Of a DNA stretch of 20,000 nt, positions 10,301 to 20,000 are shown piece after piece; within the stretch, counting starts at the first letter, position 1, and the number at the start of each line of letters is the position of its first letter. Location of the stretch: NCBI GenBank assembly GCA_000934665.2, contig KZ538831.1:115585-135584 (forward strand), in the 5' to 3' direction. The notes under the pieces are model-generated. The model saw only the letters and a program-made list of their open reading frames with translations. It had not been told where the DNA came from and did no database searches. Made by a program: the position numbers and the translations under genes. This stretch comes from Catajapyx aquilonaris. Taxonomy: Eukaryota.

Positions 10301-12630
10301 TAAAAACAACTTCCAACACCGTGTATGTCCATTAAAATAATGAAATAATGCCCGTTAGTAGTATCGAAAAAGCCGCCTTCAAAATTCATGCAATTAAGCT
10401 TGTCAGCTTTGATTATGACAATATTGGCAAACCCATAGTGATTGTCAGAGAGTCAAAAGTCATCAGTGGACGATAATTAAATTACGAGAAGTTAGATTTA
10501 GGCTCATACACTAAAGTCTTCTTTATCATGAGTACTAACTTGTAAGATGTCATCTTTATTATTATTTGAAATGTAATACCTTATAATTACGGCAACAAAA
10601 ATACAAAACAAATTAGATACAATTATTATGCAAGCTATAATAAGACTACTGACTTTCGCGAACAATAATTACAAATGGAATCCGCATTACATCAGGTTTC
10701 AAGAATGTTATTAATGAGATAAATTTAGAGCAATATTCAAAATAATGCCACAAAAGTAGAATATAAAATTGCTGAACAACATTATACCGAATTTAATTCT
10801 TGCACTGATTGTTATCGTACATTTTAAACATTTCTTACACTGTGCTTAATATAATTAGACTGTAAATAGTCTGTAAATGGCTATACGTGGGACATCGTGG
10901 AGGTGTAGTACTGTAGTAGTTAGAACCACAACCTCTGAGTCGCCACAACCTCGTGGCGATCCCTGATCCGAAGAAGACATATTTTCTAATGTAGAAAGAG
11001 GTTCTATGGGTTCCGCTTGCGATTGTGCTTATCAGTGTCCTCCTGTTTTCTTCCACAATCAAAATTCTTTAGTAGATTAGTCAATTAATAAAGTCAGGAG
11101 TTTAAGCGAAATCCCCTGAGAGGTCACGAGCATATCATGGGGCAATCAATAACAATTTTATTATGATACTACACATTAGACTAATCATAAAATAATATTA
11201 CTAGACCATTTCAGAAAGGATCCAAGTTATGAAAATGTTACTATAAAAACTATCTTGCATATCCGTTGAGAAAAGTGCAACTTAATAATTATGCATTTAT
11301 AGAGATGTTTTTATTTATTATACACAGTTAATATATTAATGTATCATTGTATGGTAGAGTCCATACTTATTCTGCGAAAAAGTATAATAGACCAGTTATA
11401 CGGTCTTCTCTGCAGTTATGACATTTCAAGATGTTGTATTTTATGTACTCTCTATATTTGCATCTGTCACCTGCAATTCACATGACATCACAAGGTAGCG
11501 TCTCATTACGCCATTTTTTGGTCTGGAATGGCAAACCTGTGGTTTCAAAAATATCAATAAATTACGCATCACTAAAAACACAATTGTACCGGAGTATAAC
11601 GATATTAGCCTGGAACAATTTATTCCACGAAGAATCTCTTATTTTCATCAGCCAGTGCCGATACGTGACTGGAAAACAGATCTTAGGGACCAAATGTCCC
11701 AGTTTTCTGGATTTTGATATTTTTGCGACAGCCAGTATTCCGCATTTAAGGGAAAAAATACATTTTAGAAAACGACTATCAAAATATCCCTGATATCTAG
11801 TACAGTAATATTCCCAGCACATTATAAGCCCTGTAACAAGACATGTTTATGTGCTTGTTTGTTATACAAAAAAAACATGCTCTTTAAAACCGTCACGCCC
11901 CACCTGTTGCAAGGTTATTAAAGCTGACTGCGAGAGAATGATTAGGTTTTCTTCACACTAAGTTTAGTTAACGTTTCGCCAAACCTTCACAAACAGCAAA
12001 ATGGCCAACCATCACAAATTCCGTAATCGCATTAGGTTACTGTAGGCCTTGCGGCATGTGGTTAAATTCATTCGATGCCAGGCTGATAAAAACATCGGAT
12101 AATATTCTGCAGTATACTGTTTAAATGTCAGATGGTGCAACCACTTCCCATAATATTCAACCACCCGCGATATAGGATTTCATAGCATTTAGTCAAGAGT
12201 AGTAATCGGCTTATATGTACGTACAAGTAATGTATAACAATTAACCTTCTGGTCTATACACTTTCTGTAACGATGAAAAGTGCGTCATCGGTCCTCTTTA
12301 AATCCACCAGGCGCCTAATGAGCTTGCACAACACTACTTTTTGCAGGGACATATGGATTGCGAGTTGAAACCAGCATAGATCTATTCAAGCACGCATGCA
12401 AAAAGCGCATGCACTTGCATGCTGCACACAGGCATTAAATTGCAGCGGACCAGGACACCTGCACGAAGTCCCCCGATAGGATAATAATCACAGTAATAAC
12501 CGGAATGCAAACCGCGTGCATTTGTCAGTGCCAGATGCATGTGATTAGTCTGATTATTTTGCTGCACACTTATGATCTACTCCCGGCACTTTCCCCGCCC
12601 AAAAACTGTCGCTCACAATAATTATTTTTA

Positions 12631-12671
12631 GGGGGGGGGGGGATAGGGGGGGATAGGGGGNGGGGGGGGGG
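12631..12671. repeat. Poly-G tract interrupted by ATA (G-quadruplex-capable)
   Basis: G12-ATA-G7-ATA-G5-N-G10. Confidence 0.85.
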
Positions 12672-14379
12672 AGATATTAAATATCGACTGACATTCACAA
12701 CAAACCAATCCGGTATCAAATTGTGAAGCCAGCAGATGAGCTGTAATTGTGCAATGCTTTTCGCATTACAGATATTTTGCAGGGATTGGAGCCTTTATGG
12801 TCGAGTCATATTCACGTGGTTAGCCAATGGTGCACTCAGATTATGCAGCAGGCCTGTTTTGCGATGGGCGTGGTACAGTACCTCTCATAAAGAATGGTAC
12901 TACTCTATGGACGAAATGTGTACATGTGTACCTGTGCAGCTGAATTATAATTTTTTTGATGAGATAAAACGTTCAAAACGTGACGATTTTACGTCGCGTA
13001 CGCCACACTTGAAGGTCATGCGTTAGAGGCGAGTGTTTGCGAGATTTCCGCTGGTAAGAACCGCCTTTCTAGACACGGTATCCGGAACATTTTATCTCCG
13101 CACTACACTAGTGGCAATGAGCCCACAATCCAAAGCGAGGTGTTAATTGCGTGTTTTACTCGGGTTAAAATATTGTGACGTACCACTTTCCTCCGGTTAT
13201 TTCGCTAGCTCTGAGTAGAGAATAGGCAACATATTGCGTCAACAAAAAAAAAAAAAAAAAGGCAAGGCTGTACAGAGAGAAATGGGATGGTGTAAAACAG
13301 GAATGTGAGGCTAATGCAATATATAGGGCAAGTTGATTAAATCAGCTGATTTGCATGTTTTGTGATAAAACATCGGAAATTCCAGAACAGTCACAGGTCT
13401 ACCAACTGGTATCAACTACACTGTAATCTTTCAGTTTGATTAACTGAGAACTGGCATGAAATTTGTTGTTAATTTTATTGTTATTGTAACAGCATATGCG
13501 GGTAGCCTATATACGGTACATTTGGGTTTAGTAATTAAATCGTGAATGTCGATACGATGGCGTGTAAATTATTAACCTACATAATTTCCGCTTAGGGGAA
13601 GAAAATCCAATGGACCTTGTCACTCTGACTGTTCTATTCAGAAAAAAAAGTGTGACAAATATGACAAAATAGTGAATGGGTGCCTTTAAAACGTGCAGGT
13701 ACCTGTGACATTTAAAGACGCCCCATACATGCAAGTGAATGACGTCACGTGCATGGAACTGCACCAGATTAGTTCAGCCGACACCTTTACGGCCACCGTG
13801 AATAATCGTCAGAGCCACGAATGTTACAAAGACGTCACATGAGTACTCTAGGCACCCAACCAAGTAGCCTATAGTATCTTCATAGTCTACAGAATACAGC
13901 TTGCATATATCAATGCACAATCGCGACCCCTTGCATTGCATGCAATGCATTACTTATTACACTACTGCACACTACACTTCCAATCTCATTAAATCCTATG
14001 TTTTTATTGAACAAAACTTTAATTTTAATTTCAACTCATATACAGACGCAACTTCCAACAAAGTGAAACTACAATATATTTGAAAGTAACTCTTCCGCTA
14101 AGAAATACACGTCCCATTTGTCATGAAAATTTGTTTAGTAGGCCTAAAGCACCTCATACATTATGCAGTGCAGGAAAAGACGGACATTTTTATTGCCCCG
14201 TATACACTGCATGGATAATCCCGACTCAGAAAATAGGGTGCCGGTATGTAAAATACTACCTTGTCCTGGCAAGACAGGGCACGATTACCTTGTGCCCGTT
14301 ATGGTAGGACCTGCATAGTAATAATATTTTACTCGCGTTAGAAGCGTAATTGGGTAGTCAGTGGTACTAACATATTGTA

Positions 14380-14549
14380 CACTCTTAACCATTTACCTTC
14401 TCTAGGCCCTTTTTACCCTCTATTTTCTAAGGTCATACATGCAAAATTTACCTTAGAATCAATTTACCCAAGAATATTTACCCTACAATGTAAGGTAAAA
14501 AAATGGCCATTTTCTTACCCTCTCTAGAGAAGGTAAATGGTTAAGAGTG
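14380..14549. mobile_element. MITE with CACT termini and TA TSD (animal EnSpm/CMC-like), 170 bp
   Basis: Perfect 26-bp TIR CACTCTTAACCATTTACCTTCTCTAG (14380-14405 and 14524-14549). TA at 14378-14379 and 14550-14551. Internal reiterated TTTACC/GGTAAA motifs. The superfamily assignment is an inference. Confidence 0.88.
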
Positions 14550-15433
14550 TATACAATATTGCATGACATCTCCGAGAAAAGTGTTGTAGTGTGGATTCCA
14601 CTCTTCGGTTAACTCTATAATTATACAAAATTAAATCCATGCTCAATCAAAATATGGACCGAATTTAAAGCTTAGTCAAAATGGTCTTTAGTAACTTTTG
14701 GTACATCCATATGTAGCCTACACAAAAAAGTCATCATAAAAGCGACGGAAGTGAGCCATTTCTGGTGGCCGTGTGTTTTGCATGTGCCAACAAACATTGT
14801 CCCTCCAAATTGACGGCGGTTGATGTAATAAAGGTTGCCTGACGTGCAGTCGCCTCCAGCCATATTTCAGCCCCAAATAAAAGGCTGCACGTGACGAATT
14901 AGCCCGTGCCGATTGCCGGATTAACACCTAGCCCAGGGATTATATTCCAGACCACCTTAATCAGGCTTTCTGGAGGATTGTGACCAGCTTGATGATGACC
15001 TCCCACTTACAGCACTAGTCCATCAATAACTAACATCACCCATTTTAATCACAATTTATCTACATACCTACCCTTAATAAGGTCAGCAGGTACATAATAA
15101 GACCAATTTTATCGGGCCAACCCGGAATTATGATAGTAGATTTGACCTCCTTTGGCCTCTTTTATGGCTTCGGTGGTAAGTTATTATATCTTTTGGTTTC
15201 GTTCGTTCAGAGTAAGTAAATCAGGGTAGAAACGGTAGGTCCTCTATCACCTAATGTCCGGGGGTCTCTAAAAGAGCTAAGTGAGAAGTCTTGTTTGGAA
15301 GACACTTTGTCTAGGTTCAGGTCCAATCAAACTCAGCGGCTGGATTGATCGACCACGGTTTTGTGGAATTTGGGGGGCCAGAAAGATATAGAGAGGAGGA
15401 AGTTGGGGGGAGGGAGGGGGGAGCTGAAGGAGG

Positions 15434-15440
15434 GAGAGAN

Positions 15441-15488
<48 letters not shown>
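15434..15488. repeat. (GA)n microsatellite, about 27 units
   Basis: Uninterrupted GA repeat with one N at 15440. Confidence 0.97.
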
Positions 15489-15493
<5 letters not shown>

Positions 15494-16772
15494 TATCCTC
15501 CCATGTTTTCCAGGCCAGTCGATAAAAGGAACACGGATCGTTTTATAATCGGTAATGTTTGGAATCGTGTTATCCGCACTTTTATCCGTCCACTAGCTTA
15601 ATAGGAAAAATAACAGTTATTTGACCATCGATTTATGGCAAGTTCGCTAGAAACGCCATTTAAGGGATAAAGGAAAATATCGCCTGAGCCAGGGTTTCGA
15701 AAGGCGTTTATTTTCTCAACGGAATGAATACCCGCCGAAACTTCTGCAAGATTGCTGACTTATTTTATGGTCCTATTTTTTTCCATCAATTTGCATAGAT
15801 ACAACCGGTCTTAAATTATTACTGCAATGTCATTCCAAATATCTTGTACAACAAAACGTCCTCATATTTAAGCCGTGAGGGGTCATCCCTCTTACCCTGT
15901 GAGGTCACTCATGGTTGTAGTCGTGGTCCAATAATACAACAGGTACGGAGCTACCTATTGCGACCAGCCCACTTTAAGGCCGTTTCACGACTCCATACAA
16001 AAGAGTTCTCCCCCAGGTCCACACCCAGCAGACGCCACTGCCATCTAGTGAGAGGATATCACAAATGTAAATTATAGGTTAAATATCATGAATCATAAAC
16101 ATTGTATTATCCCATTGTTGCAGTAAGCAAATTGCAACTATCCTATCAATAGTCCCTGGTCCTCGAATGCAGGGCAAAAGGTTTGACCCGACTCTTGGAT
16201 ATGGCGGATCCGGTATCAATGGCAACCAGAACACGCTGTCAAGTGGCATTCCGGAGAGAAATCCCTGCCGCAAGCAAGCTCCGGATATATATAAAAAAAT
16301 CGTTCCGGTGAAAAATCTGGAAAGCGGCCGATTTCATTTAATTCCCAGAGCAAAGAAAGAGGAAGAGGAGAAGAAGGTGGTGGGTAGTGATGGTGGAAGG
16401 GTGGGGTGGGAACGAAGGCCGTGCTGAATGGCCTGCACCGATTAATCAATGTCACTGATAAAGACCCGCGTGACCCCAGTTAAATGGCAGTCTTTTTAAG
16501 CCCCTCTCGGCCCACTAGCCTCTTCTCTCTCTCTCTCTCCACCTCAACCCCCCCCCCCCCCGTTTTGTGCCAGTTTTGTGGAGAAACCACCTCAATCTTT
16601 CATCACACTTGTACGATTTTTGGCCCGATAACTATCCAGCAGAATTTCAGAAAATGCCGGGTGCAAATATGGACCGAACTGGTTTCAAACAAAAAAAAAA
16701 TCATATTTGAAATGTCCATCGTATCTTTCGTATCAGGAGACCAACCACTTTTACATACTCTCCTAGGCGTGT

Positions 16773-16830
16773 ATCCGCTGAAGGATAGGGGTGAATCCGC
16801 TGAAGGATAGGGATAAATCCGCCCGGAAGG
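16773..16830. repeat. Short tandem repeat, 22-bp period, about 2.5 copies
   Basis: ATCCGCTGAAGGATAGGG at 16773 and 16795, and a degenerate third copy ATCCGC at 16817. Confidence 0.8.
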
Positions 16831-16851
16831 AAGGTTAGGTCATGGGATAGG

Positions 16852-17142
16852 CAAGGGGCTAGCAACTCCCTGGAACCGGTGTACACACTGGCCAAGGAAC
16901 CAGGTGGAACCGGCTTGGAACCGGCCTGGAACCGGGTGGAACCGGGTGGAACAGGCCTGGAACCCGGTGGAACAGGCCTGGAACCCGGTGGAACCAGCCT
17001 GGAACCGGGTGGAACCTGCTTGGAACTGGCCTGGAACCCGATGGAACCAGCCTGGAACCCGGTGGAACCTGCTTGGAACCGGGTGGAACCTCCCGGTTCC
17101 AGGATCTGGTGTACACTTTTTTGGGGAGTTGCTAACCCCTTG
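16852..17142. mobile_element. Non-autonomous hAT- or P-like DNA transposon, 291 bp, with internal GGAAC minisatellite
   Basis: 19-bp TIRs CAAGGGGCTAGCAACTCCC (16852-16870) and GGGAGTTGCTAACCCCTTG (17124-17142) match at 18/19. Perfect 8-bp TSD GGGATAGG at 16844-16851 and 17143-17150. A CAAGG terminus with an 8-bp TSD fits hAT or P. Confidence 0.92.
16896..17094. repeat. Tandem array of 19 GGAAC-initiated 10/11-bp units
   Basis: Units such as GGAACCGGGT, GGAACAGGCCT, GGAACCCGGT and GGAACCAGCCT mostly alternate between 10 and 11 bp. Confidence 0.95.
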
Positions 17143-18330
17143 GGGATAGGTTGGTGCAGCCACATTCGGTCTCCCATTACGAAAGTCCTTCCCCATAAGA
17201 AGCCAGAAATTCGTGCAAGGCTCACGCTAGGTCAGGTTCAGACATCAAATAAAGACATGACAAAGGTTGGGCGTATAGAAGACCCCTATGCATGCTTTAT
17301 TGTCTCTGAATTGACTTAGTCATGAGGTTGGCCTAAAATTGGATCTCATTCGTAACGTGTACTATTCGAATTAGAGTGTTTTTGTAAAGCTCGTGGGGAT
17401 TGGGTCTCATGGCCGACCTATCCGGTTGAATTGAAACCGCGCGTATCTACGTGGGATGGAGAGGAAAGGGGGTGGGGGGGGGGGAGTTGGGATGACTGGT
17501 GTATTTATACTCGCTGACATTTGCAGAATTGAATTTCGATCTGGCGGCCATTGATGACAAACTGACGGTTATATTCCCGGTAGACATCTGTGTGGGTGGG
17601 TGGGTGGGTCGAGAGAAGGTTGGGCAGAATAGGCGGGTCGGTTGCTAAGGATACCGGTGACGTCACCAAAAGGACATTGAGTGCGGCAATAAGATTTTCT
17701 CTAGAGAAAGGGGTGGAATTAATATTCTATGGCATCAATGCCATGGTTTATCTTATGTATGTGGACGAAAAAAGGGGGCCGTACCACTAGCGCTGACGCC
17801 ACTCTCTTGCAGGTGAATATAACCTCGGGCTGAAATCTAGACCAAACAATATTGCCACATTCAGCGACACGAACCGGGCTTTAGCTCCCACATTACGGGA
17901 AAGGAAAAGAGGTCTAGGAGCTGCTATAATTTTTATTTTTATTTTTATTATTTTTTCCCTCCTGGTTAGACGGGGTGGGCTTTATACGAGCCATACTATC
18001 TCTGGAGAGCGTGACACGTAGTCGTAAGAAAGCATCCCCATTTCCTGCTGCAGCTTTATCTGGGACCACTTTTTTTCCCTCTTCCCTCTTTCTGGCTCTT
18101 TTTTATTATTATTTTGCCAGCGTTGGAAAGTTGCGGGCATATGAAGGTCATAACCGTAAGGCGGCGGGGCACGTTCCTCACGAATGGCTCCCAACCTAGC
18201 CCGGAAACCCGGAAGCCCGACCCCGAGATTGAAAGATTCTAAACGATGAGCTACTCATTTCCTTCGTATACTACGAGTATATATACGATTCTCCAGCCCG
18301 GCATTTTTCTTCACTATTTCGCTACACATT

Positions 18331-18362
18331 GTGAGACCTGACCTCTCTAGGTCAGGTCTCAC
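18331..18362. repeat. Perfect hairpin, 14-bp stem and 4-nt loop
   Basis: GTGAGACCTGACCT-ctct-AGGTCAGGTCTCAC. Confidence 0.88.
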
Positions 18363-18801
18363 GAGGGTCGTAGTTACATTTATTTATTGGACCTAGCCTC
18401 GGTCGAGGCTGTTTCTCGATTACTACAAGATCTAGCCTCCACCCCTCGGCATCCCGCCATCTCTTGGTAAAACTGCCAACTCCAAACTAACCCCATCTTG
18501 TGTATGCATGGGTGTTACATCCCCGCTAATTAACTGCCTGCGTAACCGCTAGCGTTGCACCGTTATCAAATATTTGACAGGAGCCAGCCCACGCTCCACG
18601 TGTCACTTTTACAGGACCAGGTTTTTGAAATATTCATGTCCCATACGTCCGTATAATTAGAGCGCTTCATGTGTAGAAGGGACCTATATATCCAATACAT
18701 TATTTCCCCCTCCAAATTTGCAATAATTGGCCTAGTTGCACAGGGCTTTCCAACTCGTGGTTCCACAACTCTTACTCCCACCCCCCCCCCTCCTCCTCCC
18801 C

Positions 18802-18849
18802 NNNNNNNNNNNNNNNNNNNNNNNNNNNNNNNNNNNNNNNNNNNNNNNN
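18802..18849. other. Assembly gap (48 N) within a C-rich low-complexity tract
   Basis: A run of N flanked by poly-C sequence. Confidence 0.99.
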
Positions 18850-19560
18850 CCCCCATCCCTCCCGAAACCCTACTCTTTCCACCTACCCACCCACCAACCC
18901 CACCACCCCCTACCCCCACCGGCTCGAATGGACTGAATGGCTGCGCACGCTTATGACCAAAGCGCCTCGTACGCCCCATTCAATCCCCTGCATGAATCAG
19001 CCCTCCCCATCCCCTACCCCCACCGCTTACGACGCCATGCCTGCCCATTTGGGGGAGGGGGCCATACGCTGCTCTTTACAACCACTACTACTACATACCT
19101 AGGTACACACGGCATGACATGTACTGTGCAGTACGTGGACACACTGTCACAATTCCCACACATGGAAGAGAAAAGCGGGGAGGGGATACGACGGGTTTTA
19201 CAACGTGTTTTACTTCTATGGGCTATTATTCCATGCAAATGAAGTTGCAGGCTCTGGGCCTAACTACCTGCAGTTTGATCATGCTGGACTCTGGATGGGG
19301 CCTGCATGAAGAAGGCGCCTGGACATGGCGCCCGTTATGATGCGTCGTTTTATTTAGTGCCCGGTTCGCTGGGTTCCAGCTCGATATGCTTCATCCTAGC
19401 TCTTCAGGGCTACACACATGCCATTACTCTACAACGGCTGGACTAACTTACAGGAGAAAATTTTCGACTCTGATTGTGGGGCGGATATACTTTTTTGTAT
19501 GCTTTTTTATGCTTTAAGTATTCTGTTTAAGGGCGCACGATCAACTTAGTGTGTCCCTAT

Positions 19561-20000
19561 GGGTCATTCCATGTCAATTCACCGAGCCCCCTGACCCTTG
19601 GGTTGTCAGATTTTGACGAAAATTGGCGAATCGCTTTAATTACGTCTTTCAAAAATACCATTTGCGCGGTTTTGAGATTTACCCCCCCTCCCCGGAGATA
19701 GGCCCACCGAAAAAAACGTCATTTTCGGAAGGTAGGGTTTCAGAAATCGGTCATATCTCGTGAACCAATTGAGCTACAGATGTCATAGACCGCTCCCTTT
19801 GAAGAGATTCGAGAGCCCAATCTCACTAAGGATTGAAAATTCGCATTTTGACTTTTTTGAAAATTTTGTCCCATTTTCAAAATTTCAAATTTTTTTTTAA
19901 AGAAATCCGCCTATTTTAAAAATCCGATTTTTAAATAATGTTGTAGCTCAGACCCTTTCCCTCACATAGAAAAAAATCTCAGGAGGACTTTTTTGATTTA
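19561..20000. mobile_element. Putative left part of a DNA transposon/foldback element, truncated by the window edge
   Basis: Begins GGGTCATTCCATGTCAA, which resembles invertebrate DNA-transposon termini from memory. The interior is rich in A/T tracts and inverted motifs: TGAGCTACA (19770-19778) / TGTAGCTCA (19942-19950), TTTTGAAAAT / ATTTTCAAAA, and TTTAAAAATC-C-GATTTTTAAA. The partner TIR is not visible. Confidence 0.35.

Noticed and set aside
11546..11725. 12-bp inverted match CAAAAATATCAA / TTGATATTTTTG
   Set aside because: AT-rich and short, with poor extension and no TSD. It may be chance or a very old element.
13932..13949. 18-bp palindrome TGCATTGCATGCAATGCA
   Set aside because: A low-complexity TGCA reiteration with no further structure.
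15170..15220. Two GTAAGT splice-donor-like motifs
   Set aside because: No convincing upstream acceptor or coding frame, and such hexamers are expected by chance.
16896..17094. CRISPR-like appearance of the array
   Set aside because: The units are contiguous 10-11 bp with no unique spacers, there are no cas genes, and the context is eukaryotic.
16701..17319. Overlapping ORFs of 81-174 aa with repetitive EPGGTG/PPGSR peptides
   Set aside because: They are by-products of the stop-free GGAACC array inside a non-autonomous transposon, open in several frames on both strands.
950..19310. Frequent TGCATG (RBFOX-like) hexamers
   Set aside because: They are similarly frequent on both strands, which points to compositional TGCA/CATG bias rather than a strand-specific splicing signal.

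Overview
Non-coding eukaryotic DNA, most likely metazoan. CpG is not strongly depleted, which suggests an invertebrate (inference). It comes from a draft assembly with a 48-N gap at 18802-18849 and single Ns at 12661 and 15440. None of the supplied ORFs is a credible protein-coding gene; the longest arise from repeats or low-complexity DNA. The interpretable content is small mobile elements. These are: one full-length tRNA-Gly(GCC)-derived SINE with a 13-bp target-site duplication (TSD); a 291-bp hAT/P-like non-autonomous element with an 8-bp TSD and a helically phased GGAAC array; at least five other unrelated MITE-like inverted-repeat elements (CACT-ended, Tc1/mariner-like, Harbinger-like, unclassified); and a probable transposon running off the right edge. 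There is also a 70-bp loop-less palindrome, several short hairpins and microsatellites. I found no evidence for a new protein-based system. The most interesting observations concern the architecture of these small elements.
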